64,000 bases of DNA from Paragordius varius (lineage: Eukaryota; Animalia; Nematomorpha), in NCBI GenBank assembly GCA_964247055.1, contig OZ176054.1, positions 8,184,001 through 8,248,000 on the forward strand, read 5' to 3'. The notes under the pieces are model-generated. The model made no database searches. It was not told the DNA's origin and was given only the letters and a program-made list of their open reading frames with translations. Made by a program: the position numbers and the translations under genes. Positions 37,901-51,545 of the stretch are shown here, in pieces (within the stretch, counting starts at the first letter, position 1; the number at the start of each line of letters is the position of its first letter).

Positions 37901-40900
37901 CTACAATAAAGCATATTTATAATTATACGTGATTTTTAATTAATCATTTTATGAAATATTTTTCCATATTTTAAACAATACATTATTCATCGATTCAATA
38001 TTAAAAGTAAATGATAATATCACCAAAATCTAAATTAAAATATACAATTATTGCAATAATGTTTGATTTATGTATGTTTTTGTAACCTATTTTCTTAAAT
38101 ACGTTATATATGCAATAAAATTTAACGAAGAATAATACGAAATTTTGATTGCATTTTATTGTATATTGATCAAATAATCTATACATAAACGCTACAACTT
38201 TTTACTATTTCTACCAATTAGTAAAAATAAACATTTTGGTTAACAACTTCTATAATTACCTTTTCTCTCGTTATATTTCGTGTACCTTGTCTCTTATCAT
38301 TCGTTTTTTAAATAAAATATAAAAATTTTTTACAGTTATTAAATTTTTTTTATCGTAATTGTAAAAAATATCTTCAAAAAATTGAAATTATTCGGTAACA
38401 CTTTTTTTTAATTTTAATTAAATGGGTATAACTTCTCCATATCCCGATTCTTTTTGGTCCAATATAAGAATGGACCAAATTTTTGCTATCCACAACCAAT
38501 CGCCGACATCAAAGACCTTTTCACGTTTTATTACTTCACCCACATCAGTTGTAAAATCTACCAAATGTTTCGTTCAATACTATTGCTCCAAAAATTTTCG
38601 CAGAAGCGATCATAATAATCAACGCGAAGTCCCGAAAAGTCATGATACAGATATGGACTCGCAATTGTATTGTCGAATAGATGATGTAAGACATGCCAAA
38701 ACTGGTTATTGGTGTAAAAAATCAGCGTTAGGATTTAAAGTGACCTCAAAAATGAATGATGGTTCATCGTCGAACAAAACTACAGTAAAAGGATTTGCAC
38801 TAAAACATGAATCGATAGCAAAACATTTATTATCGCCAAATTGGATCCCAAATGCTAAAAACAGTTATCCTGCTGCTGCCATATCTGTCAATAATCCAAG
38901 ATTAACACCCTTAGACAGGTCTAAAAGCTATAATCAAAATGTATCACCCATTAGCAGCTTTAATCATGAACCTGATTATGAAACTTTAGAAAATGACGAA
39001 GAATATTTGAGTGCAAAAAGATTTTGGACATCCTCGCCATCTTATCAAAGTGCCTCGTCTAAAAAAACTTTAATCCATTATAAAAATGAAAATATTCCGA
39101 TTCCTGTTTTCATTGAAGATGGCCAAACGATAAATTCTAAAAATAATTTTACCATACCAGTCCGTATAGAATGTCCACACAAGATTACCAAAACGAAATC
39201 AGATATACCAATTCCAGTTATAATTGATGCAAATCCAACAAGTGCGGATACAGCAGACGATTACACAAATTTGTCTGACAACGTGAGTTCTTATTTTAAT
39301 AACATTAAACCTAACTCAAATTTACATATTGAAGATATAAGCAACATTTCATCATCTACAGCATTTGTTAATAACAAAAATAACTATCAGAATTATGATC
39401 AGTCGTGCCGCCAAATCATTAAAAAATATCCCCATCTTGATAAATGTATCCTAAACAGTTCAAATCGTAGATCTTTTATTCAGGTTAAACCGATTGCAAA
39501 AGGTAGACCCGCATTGTCAGGTATCTTTGAAGATTGTCCATTTCGTAAATCTTTCTGTACATCTTCATCTTGGTCAGTTGATCCGAGATTAACAAGCAGT
39601 GTTCTGAGTACAACAACAGCTTCAACTTGTTTAGTTCCATGGAACCTTGCAGAAAAACAGGTTATCTCTTCCGATTTTACCAAAAATATTAATATACATC
39701 CATTTTCAAAAGAACATATAACATCTTATTATCAAACCGGCGCACACAGTAATAACAAAATTACATTCCCCAAAGAATTAAAGCACTTGCCAGGATTTGA
39801 CCAAGGTTCTTTCCAATCTGAACTTAGCAATGGACCATCATTAAATTCGACCATTGTAAAACTTGATCCATCGATTGTAAAACCGGACTTTACCAGCGAA
39901 ATAAAAACACTTGATGCGAGTGTTACCGATAAACCGATAGATAATTTAGATATTTTGGCATGGCTTGATGGGGCATCTCTTAGCAGGCATCCTAATCCTG
40001 AGAACAAGGATGAAAAAGTGAAATTTAATTGCGCTACACAAACACCATCCGAATGGAACTTTTCAGATTTTTTTATAGCAGCACAAACATCTCAAGCGAA
40101 AACTTTACCTCAACATAAATGTCAAATATTCCTGACTACTCGACAAAAAAATCGACCAACACAAATTGTGTTACCATCATTACAAAACGCTTCTTCTCGT
40201 AAAATTACATGTACACTGAGTTATAGTGATGAAAAAACATCGTCTGCGAATTTACGTTTGAATCATAAAACAGCAACCAAGTGTTCTGGAAACTATATTA
40301 ACCATAACTATAATTATAAAAAAACAGATATGTCCTTGCCAAAATCGGCTAATTCATCATCCAAAATTTTTGTTGTTATCAAATAAAACAGATTATTACA
40401 TTAACTTTTTGTAATTTTTCTTCTTTTACGTTTGATATTAAGATGTCAAAAATGCACATATTTTTTATCTATTATATGATTAATTATATAGGATGTAAAC
40501 CGTTAGCTTTAAGAAAATATATATTTCTTACCGTCATACTTATTTATGTACATTTATTAATTTATAGTGTCAGTTTTTTACCTTTGATGTTCTATCCAAT
40601 ATCATCTTACTAATTTATGTAAGATAATTTATATTGAAATACATTTTTTATATATCCTGTGCATTTTAACAAAATTTTAGCTTGAATGCGCATAAATTAA
40701 TTTTGAGATCTATATTTTATATCTTATTAACAGTTATAATACAAATCATGTTTTGTTACCTATGAAAATTTTTGTACTATACATTAAATATTTTGAAATT
40801 TACTTTTTTACTACTATTTAACCATACTTTGTTTTTGGATAAAAATCATGCTGTGTTTCTTATATTGTCGCACAATAAATACATAAATTAAATTTAATAC

Positions 40901-43900
40901 TATGTGATTTTCGTTATAATTAAAAACAGATCCGGTATTATTACATTAATTTCTAGAATCTTGATATAAGGTTTTCAATATTGTATTGGCAATATTATTA
41001 AACAATAAATTCAAAATATAATTAAACAATAATTTGGAATTCAGATCATCTGTTTTCCACATTTTTTGGGTAAGGTTAAAATATTTCAATAAATATAATA
41101 TTAATAATAAAAAATTGGGAAAAAATGATAAATTAAGATTTATATTATATTTTTTGAATATTGATGATTTGAAGTGTTGTGTAAACGGTTCTTTTAAAAC
41201 AAAACAATATTTATATTCCACTAGTTAACATTATTTTTTAGAAAAGATTAAATTAAAAATATTTTACTAGATAATTTTACTTTGACAACATAGCGCATCC
41301 TTGTCCTAGCTAATCCAACTGACACTATTTTTTGTGTGTACCTCCTTTTTAATTATAAATTTATCAATGTGTAATAGCATGCTTCGTTTTTGTATCATAT
41401 TGATATTTAGGTAAAAATGGATTATCAGATATACTTTATACTGGTTATATTCAAACCGCTGCCCACGGACACCTCATGCGGTCCTAAAAGTGCTTTTATT
41501 TTTAATCATTTAAAAAAATGAATTGCTTATTTTGAGTATAATCTCAAATATGTCAAACGGCTATGAATATGTTATTTGGCCCTTAAGACAAGAAAAATAA
41601 TTTTTTTGCCCCTTTGAAATTTTTTGGTGTTTACCACTGTTTTAAACAAATATAAAAAACTTTGATATGTAAATACAGCAGAGATTTGATATATGCCATA
41701 ATTATATATGCATAATTTAAAATAAGAATTGGTTACAAATGTCAATTTTCTCAAGCGACATACCCATGGACTTATTTTTATAATTTTACATATTTGAACC
41801 GGTTAAAATTGGCTAGATAATATTCTTTTTAATGATGTATATGACAAAAAAAGTTACCATACTTGTAACAATTTTTTTGGTATGGTATTTTATATCCATA
41901 CATAATAGGATCTCAAAAATTAATACCTATAAATTTATTTCTTTTTGCTTTATTTAAATTATTTGTATGAAACAAAGACATAATTAATGTGCCATTTATA
42001 ATAAAATTTTATACTGAAAGATTAAATTTTAAACTCTTCTTTTTATACCTTACCCTATAAATAGGTGAAAATCCTTATAATTACTTACACATGATTCTTT
42101 ATTAATCTTACCTCCTAAAGATAACCGTTTTTACAAACTTATAAACTAAGCTTTGGCTAATTGCAAATTTAGATGACACCCAATTCAGATCTTGGCATTT
42201 ATGTGAAAGCAGTGGTGTCGGGTGGGGCCGCCCAACAGGCCGGAGCACCCAAACCCGGCGATAAGATTGTGAGTGTCAATGGGATTTCTCTTTTGGGTGT
42301 GGATGAAAGTATCGCCGCTAACCTTATGAGCCGTGCTGGGCCAACTCTTACCCTACAATATATCGGTTTGTGTGTTTAACGATTATAATATAATTAAAAT
42401 TATTGTGAGACAAAACATAAAAATTGCAATACAAATCTTTTTAATAAAGACATCCATCCACATTTTTTATAACCTTATGTTTTAAAATAAGTTATCGTTT
42501 GGCGTTGCGAAATATGGATGATAAACATGTAATAACACTCTCATGTCATTCATGTTATATAAAAAATTGTAAAAGGTATGGCTGTTTTTTGAAGAAGAAA
42601 AATTTGTTTTTTAGTTTTTACGTTTTTCTTTACACTTTAAATTTTACTTATTATAGCTGAAAATCTTTAAAATATATGGATATTGAAAACTAATTTATAT
42701 TTTCATAGTTTAATTATTTATTCTTTTATGGATGGAAAAATATGTTTAAGTCTTGTTTTTGATAATTAAAATTGGTTAATGTTTATCGTCTCTTGGTTGT
42801 TAATAACTGTCAATGTTAATTCGGAGCTATTATAATTCTTTTAATTATTAAATGTATATATTATTAATTATTTGTTAAGAATATTTCAATTTAAAACAGA
42901 ACTTTAAAAGTTCTCTTTATTTTGAAAATATAGTTAAATATTACTCTTTTTAAATTGATTTAATACCTTATTATCAACCCTATATATTTTCTTTGTATCA
43001 TAAATCAGTTTAATTACGAATAAATAAATTTACCTCTTGCCTATCCAAAATATTAATAATGTCATAAAAGTGTCAAAAAATTGGGATTTTTTTATTTTTA
43101 ATTGGATAATAAAGATTATGTCGCCTAAACATTGGTGGGAAATTGCCATAAAGATATATATTATGCGGAACATTGAAAAATATAATTTTTCTTTAAAGTT
43201 AACGCTATTAATAAACACCTTGATTTATATTAGGTTTCCACTAACCCAGTCCACTTTTAAAAAACATTGATTAAAAGCTATTTGATAAATCAAAGTAATT
43301 TCTAATAACAATTTTATGTAACTATGATATTTAAAAGTTTTTAAGTTTTATTATAAAATATAATTTTACATAAATACCTTTTCACTAGAGAATCTGTATT
43401 TTATAATTTCTACATTTGAGTATTTTATAAGGCTATTGCAGACATTTAATAAATATCTTTATAATTATTAAACAAAAATATGGATATATTAACCATTATG
43501 CAATTAAAGCTTGATTACTGTTAAAATAATAACAAAATATGAGCTGTATTAACCATATTTAGGAGACTTATTTTGTGTAAATCAACCTGTGTTTGGGTAA
43601 AATTTTCTATTTCAAATATTTTTATACTCAATATAATAGGTTTAATTTATTAATAAATTTAGCTTGTAATGAAAGATATGCCAGATATTTGGAAAATGGC
43701 ACATCAAAATCGCCAGATACCCTTGTTAACGGAGGAGAGAACAATAAACAGCACATTAAAAGCCATCAAAATAACAATTTTAATTCTTTACCGCCTACAT
43801 ACAAACAAGAAGTAAGTTTAACCCAATCATCGTTTTTACCCCAATTTGAAAATAATATTCAATACACGCATCAAGCCAATAATATGATTGAAAGGTCAAA

Positions 43901-46900
43901 TGTCAAGCTTTCCAATCCATTTTCTCAGCATTTTATGACACACTCTGCAACGGTTACAAATGGTGATAGAAACATTCTTTCTCCCCACAATGAAAGCATT
44001 ATCAAGAGTACAACTTCACCAAATATATTTCTTAACTCACCTCTTGATACCCAAGAACAATCTCAAACACTAAATAAGGTACCATACTCTGGCACTGATG
44101 ATATACGTCGTTTGGAATATTCCCCTAAAGCCTTACATTCACACCGACCAAATACCATTGATAATAATGATAATAAAAATATTATAATATCCAACAATAA
44201 TCCGCCTTTGCACACGGTTACAAAAAGCATTCCATATCAATCCCAAAGTCTGAATCCAGAACAAAATGTCCCACAAAATTTTTATAATAACAATAAAACT
44301 CCTCTGAATATCAAACCTATCGAGAGCGATGTGCAGCAAATGCATACTCAAGCTTGGATTCAAAAGCATGATTTTCAAGAAGCTATAAATCATACCATTA
44401 ATCCTCAAAACGAATTGACTAACGTGGAGAATCTAATCGAGGCACCATCTGAAATAGTAAATGGTACATCTACAATTTTAATGACAAACAAAATTTATAA
44501 GAGAGTTTAGATGCTTTACTGTTTAAAAATGATTCTTTTACACATTTTTGGCTTAATTTTTTGTGTTTCATATAATTCTTTTCATGTAAAGATTTGATTA
44601 AAAATATTTTTTTAGAGGTTAAATAATAAGAATAGAGAAAAAGGCAAACGCATAAGAAAAAAATGTTAAAAAGATATATATTCCAATTGTTTGTTTTTGT
44701 AAAACCAGTACAAAGTTATGCAAAAAATGTTTGATTTTATAGTATCCCAACCCCATATAAACGAACAAGAAAATGAGAAGGGCGTTATTCCGGATGGCGA
44801 TCGATACATTGGACCGAAAGAAAAACTCACCATATGTCAAGAGATGATGGGTAAAACAATATACATCTTTGATATCTATTATTGTATTTTTATTTTTACG
44901 TGGATTTAATATTTTGAGAAATGAAATATTCTAGCTTAGTTTAAAATTTATCGTTTTACAATAAAATGATAAAAAATAATCTTTAATTATGATAATAAAT
45001 AATTGGTTATTTAACACCATAATTCCTGTAAATATATAATATATTGTCATCATCTCTGATGACATGTATTTTAACACATGTGCTAAAATTGTATTTAGCG
45101 ACTTTTGTGTTTTCTCATTTTTAATATATAAAATTATAGCTGAATTGCAAAACAAAGGTGATACCTTGAATGCGTATGAATCAGAAAAATTGAATGCGTT
45201 GATTATGGAATACGAATTTCAACGCAGACTCATGGAAGAAGAACAAAGTGACGACGATGATAATGACGACGGAGAAGGCGATGAGGGTAGAACCGAACCC
45301 CAACCTCAAATCAATATGATACCACCATCAACAATCGTTTTAAATTATTCCAAAGGTGGGTTTTTTATGAATTTTTTTGTTATGGATTTGTTTTTACATA
45401 GATAGATAAATAGATAGATAGATAGCTGTTGTCAAGGGGTCCCTTGGCATCCCGTCGTGACGGGGTTTAGGTGTTTGATTATTGCATTGAAGAAATTTTT
45501 GTTTAATCAGTCCCCGGCCTATATTTTTTTGGCCTGTAGGTCTTGGGTAATGTTTTTGACCCATGTTATTGCTGGACAACCAACTCTGTTTGTTTGGCTT
45601 AAGGTTCTCTTATATTTTTAATCCAATTATCGTTATCTAATCTTTGAATGTGACCGTAGTAGCCAAATAACAAATTTTTTTAAAAATATTTAAAGTGGTT
45701 TGTTTTATTTAAGGGATGTTTTTAGTTTTTGGAGTTATTTAATTGGTTGTCTAGATCCTGGTTTAAAATGAATTTGAAGAAGAAAGTTTTTATTCAAAAG
45801 ATAGATTTATTATATAAAAAAATGTGATTTATATTGTTTACAACAACGGTTGTTATATGGGTCTTTTTTGCAAATACATTTAATTGAAAAAAATATATTT
45901 TGATCAATTTGGTAAAAATTAAGAATTATTTTGTTGAAAAGGTTAAAGTTCTGATTCTATTGTACTTTAATTCACTAGTTATGATTTAATTCCATTTTTT
46001 GAGATTACAGATAACCTAATTATTTTTATTCATGTAAATATAAATGATAAATTTAAAAAAACTGTGAAAAAGATGAAAATTTATACTTCAATAAAAGAGA
46101 AAACAAAACAGGTATTAATTCATTGTTTAAAAAGTAATTTTGAAAAACGATTCCGTAACCGTTATTGGTATGTTTAAAATTGTATTATAATTCCTATTAT
46201 TTAAATTTCTATACCTTAATTTTTATAGTCTTATTAATTATTTGGATCCTCTCTTATTATATTATTTTATTTTTACGAATAGCAATCTTAGATCAAAACA
46301 ATTCCCATATTATACCGTCATCAAGGTATTTTATTTACATTAACTACTTTTAGTGCATTGTAATTTTTATTCATTAAAATTTACATTTCTTCATTCTTAG
46401 TGTTATTGAATCTGTTTGTAGCACTCAAGATCAAACAAATACCAATATCCATAGTGAAAATGTTATACCAGAAAAGCGCGTAATTATCATATATTGTTTA
46501 GATTTAGATGACATTATTCATATATTGTAATATATATTATATACTATAGTAAATGTCTTGTCCAAAAATGATTGAATAATTTTGTCTACATTGCTTAAAA
46601 AAATTATTGTATCATTTTATAAAAATTACCATTTACGTAAATTCGTATTCAAATTATTAACCATGTGCACAAAGATGTACACTTAACCTTTTTTAATTGA
46701 TATCTATTTAGGCTCCGGAACCTCCTACCAGAAATTTATCATCTTACATGGCTAGTAGCAAATCTGTTAATATTTCTACAAGTTTGAATCTAAAAGTAAT
46801 TACTCCTTCTGCCAATAACAACATATATCAACAGTTACCAAATGCTCTAAATACAGTACCAACTAATCTGGCAATAAACAGCCATAATACAACAAATAAT

Positions 46901-46980
46901 TTTGATGCAAATACATTGCCTGAAACAAAGTAAATTTAAAATTATTAATATTTTTTAGATGTATTATGTAAAATTTATAA

Positions 46981-47019
<39 letters not shown>

Positions 47020-49614
47020 TTTGTGTGAATCGGAACATAAATAATTCAATCGAACAATATAATGGACCGTTTTAAAATAAATTTTTAAGTCTATACCCAC
47101 TTTTATTATCCAATATTTTATTTTTATAATATGAATATTGATTGTTACCACAGAATATAACAAAAATAATAATGTTACATTGGAATAATGTTATTTTCCA
47201 TTTAATTTTATATATTCATTAATACATATATCCACATATATTTTAGCTCGAATCAAGCCATCGCATACATGAATAACATGACAAGTACAAACACCAAAAA
47301 TTGCATTATATCGCCCCCGCCCATACCTTCAAACACTCACATCAATATTAATGCCGTCTCACGAAATGACCCTACTACTAATAATTTACATTCAGATTTT
47401 AAACCAGTATGTATAAATAATAATAATAATAATGATAAAAATCCTTCACCCCTCTTGTCGTCTTATGGTGGTACAACAAATAACCAATCATCTAATTATT
47501 ATAATGCTAATGCCAATTCCATAAATGGTAGGATAAGTACCAATTCAAATGGAAACAGTTATGCTCGTATTCGTGAATTTGGGGATAAAACTTTGCAGGA
47601 TATTTCGGATATTTATGCGGCTGCTACACAAAATTTTGATGAAGATTATGCCACTCCAAATATTACAACTAATATTAATGACAACAATGTTAATGTTAAA
47701 CAACGGATCTCTCCATCCAATAATAGTCAGAGTGGATCTATAACAGCTGCTATAAAACATGGTATGTTTGATGTGTAAATATTATTTTACAAAAAAAATG
47801 AAATGAAAATGGACCTCCGCTTTATAATTACCCTGATTTTGGGAAAGTGTAGAGCTATATATATATATATATATATATATCCGCATCATGACTTTTTTAA
47901 GAAATCAAAATTGAATTTCGGTTAAATTTTTACTTTTTGTTTTTTTGGTCACCTGCAAATCCACAAATTAATAATAAGTTTGTAGGAAGATATATTGAAT
48001 CTTTAACGACAATAACGGGTCATTAAGGGGTAGCTCTACTTTAATGTTTAAAATGCAAAGGTGTGTTTTTTTAGTTTTAAATTAAATCCTATCAATATGG
48101 AAAGTTTTTAAATTTTACCAGTTGATTAATTGTATATTTTAAATTTGTTTTTTATCTAGTAAATCCAACTCCGGGTGTGATTGGTGCCCAAGAAGTGTAT
48201 TTAGATCCTAGGATTAAATCTCAATTGCGTAAGCAAATGGAACAATTGCAAGGACAAAAGAATGAAAGTACGCTATAAATTATTTTATAATCATATTTGT
48301 TATACCAAAATGTATGTTTATTTACAAATACTTCCTTTTACAGTAAAAAATTTTATTAAAAAAACAAAACAAGATGTAGGATAATAAACTTATTGTTTTG
48401 AGTTAACAAATAAGGAATAGAATGTAAACTGACGCACCATTGTTCACAATCGTAATCATATAGGTTATTTGGAAAAATGGATCACTTATGCTTACCTATA
48501 AAAATATATAATTTTTTCACCATTAATTTTTACCATAAAATCTATTAGATTAATGTTTGATGATTTGATAAAAGTATTTGGAACTCATATTAGATATCGT
48601 TTTTATTTATGCATGCAGGTCCTATCCCATTTCCTTGTACAAACCAGGGACCGCCACTTTCATCAAATCGAAGCAGTTTGATTTCAAGTAATAATTCTAA
48701 CAGCCAACAGACTCTTTCCTCCACCCATAACAGCATGAATGCCAACAACACTCTTTTTAATGGCGCAAAACTTGAAAACCCCATGTTACATGCCCTGGAT
48801 AATACGGATATTAATAATAGTCCAGAACGGATGAGTTTTCGGGAAAAAATGAAAAAATTTGCCCAAGTACAAATATTTTTCTGTTTTTTAGCATTAATAT
48901 TATATTGTTGATCTATTTGGTTAAAATTGGGAAAATATAATTGTTGTATTACCAATTTACAGCAGCTATATTACTTTCAGATAATATTACAAACTAAAAA
49001 AAAAGGTTGTAAAACTGTTTCTCTTTTACTTTTTATGTGGATATTTCCCATATTAATTTTTACAATAAACTACCTATCATTAACGAACCTTATGAAATAT
49101 TGTAATATTATTTAATAATCATTAATTATTATATTGCAATTATAAATCAGCTAAAATTATATGAATTTATTGTAAATTTTCGATTACTACTAGTAATCTT
49201 TTTCAAACGTAAAAAAATATAATTAAAATTTTACAATAAATTCATATAATTTTAGCTGATTTATAATTGCCATATAATAATACAATCACACTTCAGCGTA
49301 AACAATATCCAAACATTAATTAATTGTGTTATATTAAGGTGTCCACACTTAATGCCTGTACCATAAACAATGTGACAAGCATAAACAACTCAAATGGTTA
49401 TGTTAATGGTTTTTCCACAAATTTTTCAACGACAACCTCAACAACAGGTGCCGGAAATGTCACCCTTGAACACAATGGGAATAATGGACCCTCTTTTAAT
49501 GATTCCCCAATCATGGGGATTGAAAAATTGCGTATTTCTCGAACGCAAAAACGTATTGAAGATTCTTTGTTTCATGGAGATAATACTAACCATAGTTTTA
49601 GGAATGGGTTTTAG
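19922..49614 (+). CDS. AFDN: Afadin (AF-6/canoe): RA1, RA2, FHA, DIL, PDZ and proline-rich C-terminus; more than 20 exons
   Basis: Exon 1 19922-20026 (IIKRWNSDRLDLFEIS). Exon 2 27104-27296 (GVMRFYFQE...ATKCIRV). Exon 3 27881-27990 (EKPLLVQLHWNNDDREGRFLL). Also MPETSFTRSISNPEAVMRRRR, RA2 IKIYGEALKPGVPYKTLLL, FHA ITGPGIQPLHC, DIL FKLSPAY / FWLANMSE / WADSNGLELA / CPKLNSLQ, PDZ GLGLSILAAK|...LGIYVKAVVSGGAA, and C-terminal PGVIGAQEVYLDPR and ERMSFREKMKKF. The splice phases I checked are consistent. Confidence 0.95.
21158..23607. mobile_element. 2.45-kb fold-back non-autonomous DNA transposon with CAC...GTG termini and TTA duplication (CMC/Chapaev-like by inference)
   Basis: TTA|CACAGTGTGCAA...TTGCACACTGTG|TTA. 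Inner arms 21228-22144 and 22610-23526 (917 bp each) are reverse complements with only a few mismatches seen by eye. The spacer is 465 bp. Confidence 0.85.
24448..24704. mobile_element. hAT (Charlie-type) MITE relic
   Basis: Termini CAGGGGTGTCAAAC...GTTGGACACCCCTG match typical hAT-Charlie ends. No intact 8-bp target duplication. Confidence 0.6.
25431..26980 (+). mobile_element. Tc1/mariner-IS630-like DNA transposon (internally deleted) in afadin intron 1
   Basis: TA|CAGTCATGTA...TACATGACTG|TA with ~155-bp imperfect TIRs (25431-25588 and 26829-26980). It contains a transposase HTH-type region (GRKTKCNEGIVRQVKTILDSDCGLTVDEILNKI...ISKKTLYKIFKIINYTRKR). No DDE domain is visible. Confidence 0.85.
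25683..26544 (+). pseudogene. Truncated transposase gene with ultrashort introns (exons 25683-25776, 25802-25864, 25888-25947, 25971-26030, 26053-26118, 26141-26544)
   Basis: Removing five GT-AG segments of 25, 23, 23, 22 and 22 nt gives one continuous ~248-aa ORF from the ATG at 25683 into the transposase DNA-binding region. The catalytic domain is missing. Confidence 0.72.
38422..40386 (+). CDS. 654-aa intronless ORF of unknown function, Ser/Thr/Asn-rich and probably disordered, nested in an afadin intron
   Basis: 1965-bp ATG-to-TAA ORF in very AT-rich DNA. It lies between afadin PDZ exons ending at ~36398 and starting at 42173. No domain was recognised. Confidence 0.7.
   Translation: MGITSPYPDSFWSNIRMDQIFAIHNQSPTSKTFSRFITSPTSVVKSTKCFVQYYCSKNFRRSDHNNQREVPKSHDTDMDSQLYCRIDDVRHAKTGYWCKKSALGFKVTSKMNDGSSSNKTTVKGFALKHESIAKHLLSPNWIPNAKNSYPAAAISVNNPRLTPLDRSKSYNQNVSPISSFNHEPDYETLENDEEYLSAKRFWTSSPSYQSASSKKTLIHYKNENIPIPVFIEDGQTINSKNNFTIPVRIECPHKITKTKSDIPIPVIIDANPTSADTADDYTNLSDNVSSYFNNIKPNSNLHIEDISNISSSTAFVNNKNNYQNYDQSCRQIIKKYPHLDKCILNSSNRRSFIQVKPIAKGRPALSGIFEDCPFRKSFCTSSSWSVDPRLTSSVLSTTTASTCLVPWNLAEKQVISSDFTKNINIHPFSKEHITSYYQTGAHSNNKITFPKELKHLPGFDQGSFQSELSNGPSLNSTIVKLDPSIVKPDFTSEIKTLDASVTDKPIDNLDILAWLDGASLSRHPNPENKDEKVKFNCATQTPSEWNFSDFFIAAQTSQAKTLPQHKCQIFLTTRQKNRPTQIVLPSLQNASSRKITCTLSYSDEKTSSANLRLNHKTATKCSGNYINHNYNYKKTDMSLPKSANSSSKIFVVIK
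45395..45590 (-). repeat. Short retroposon-like fragment ending in a (TATC)n tail
   Basis: A GC-richer island in an afadin intron that, on the minus strand, ends ...gggaccccttgacaacagc(tatc)n. This is typical of LINE/SINE 3' tails; family unassigned. Confidence 0.35.
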
Positions 49615-51545
49615 AAATGATTAATTGCATTTGGATCATACCATATTGTGCATTTTCTGGGAAAATATCAATCTTTATTATTACATATTATATTTTTGCA
49701 TTTAGTAAGGTTAAATAATATTTTCGCCAAAAAGCAGCCCCCATTTATTTCTATAATCTCATGTATTCCATCCACATAGAGTAAATAATTATATGTATAT
49801 CACATATTTTTTATCATATATATTTAATGTCCATGTTTGTAACTATGTTTATTTCCCACTAGCTATATATCATAGTTAAATGCTGCATTTATCAACCAAA
49901 TTTTCGGATCCTATATTTCTTATATTATTATGTTGTTTAGGTCACTTTTGTAATTTTTGATACTTTTTTTATAATTTTTTGATTTTGTACAGTTAATAAA
50001 TTAAAAAATAAATATTTTTTCACATTGTAATTAGATATGTAGGTGCGGGCCATGTTTTCATTGTAATATGATAGTTAAATACAGTCGTTATGGGAAGTAT
50101 GATATATATATAAACATATCAAAAGTTACTTCGCTAATAATATAGGTTTAACACAATTACCTAAATTAAAAATCTATAACTTCGGTGTGGCTTAAACACA
50201 ATAAATTGCGAAAATTTAACCTGAGTTTAAAGTTTCAGGTTTCATTATTTTTTAAAAATATTTTGATATGTATAAGGTTATTTTACAAACCAAAAAAATT
50301 GTCTTGATGAATCTTTATCTGTAGAAAAAAGTTGGATTTCCACTACAATATGTCAAGAGCATGTCTTTAAGTATCTCAAAGAAATTAGACATTTAAATTT
50401 TCAAAACTCTTAAAAAATAATTTATGTTGTTTTACCATCAGATGAATTAAAGATCATTTTTTATATTTAGCAATTTAAAGCGATCATAACTTACAGTTTG
50501 TTAATATCCCTCCCAATGTTAAATTTTATATGGACCTTAAAATAATATTTACGCTAATTTAATCAATTCCTAGGCATCCTGTATTTTAAAAATTAATAGT
50601 CCGATATATGGTTTTATACTCTAAGATTATGTTCCAAAACCGGTTACTAGGTTTAGGGATTGCAAGTTAATAAATTTGTAACATTTGTTAGGCACAATAA
50701 ATTTACGGGTGCAAAAATTAAATTTCAGTATGCAATTGATTAGAGATTTATAAAAAAAGAGTAATCAATTTAACACCATTTCGGATGCTTAAATCTTTTG
50801 CTGTATTGTGCTTTCGAAAAAGGTTTTTTTCGTGTGCTAAAAATAGTGTCGGGAAAACGTATATTGTGTCGATATTGAGCCACTTAGTAACAATGTTTAA
50901 CCCCGTCCCTCATTAATACAAGATCAATAATAATTCTTAACTATCAGGCAATATATTTCTTTTATGAATGTGTGGTTGTACCACATTTTTTTGTCCCTGA
51001 TATAGGGATTAAACTTGCTTCAAAAAAGAATAAAACTTGCAGAGGTAGAATATACGATATTTTAACCATTGTGTTTGTTTGGGTTACTAATCTAATTCAC
51101 CTCTGATCTTCTAATTATTGAAGAATAATATTTTTTCCGATTCATTAGTCATCGTTTTGATAAAGTAAAAGGACGTGCAGTGCATATGCATTCTATATTT
51201 TTAGTAATATAAAAAGCCTTTGGAATTTTGAGGGTGATTAAATTAAAATACTTCATAGATAACTCTATAATAATACAATACAGATATCCATTTTGTTAAA
51301 GAGCATATTATAGTGATAATGGTTTTTATCATTTAATTACTCTGTACAAAAATGTTTAGTTTCCTTAGCATTTCAGGTATCCCTCTCATAAATAATGTAT
51401 ATATTTTTAATTCGTATAAAAATCCTTGTTACAACCATGCCAAAATAGACTTTAATTTATACATTATATATATCCCTTTTTTGTAGTTCTGGACGTTTTT
51501 TATATAATTTTGACTTTCCTCCCCTTTATATTTAATTGTCAAGAA

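Noticed and set aside
47017-47075. Exon-like segment after a (TA)n-AG acceptor in afadin
   Set aside because: Inclusion introduces a stop, and the flanking exons splice in frame without it.
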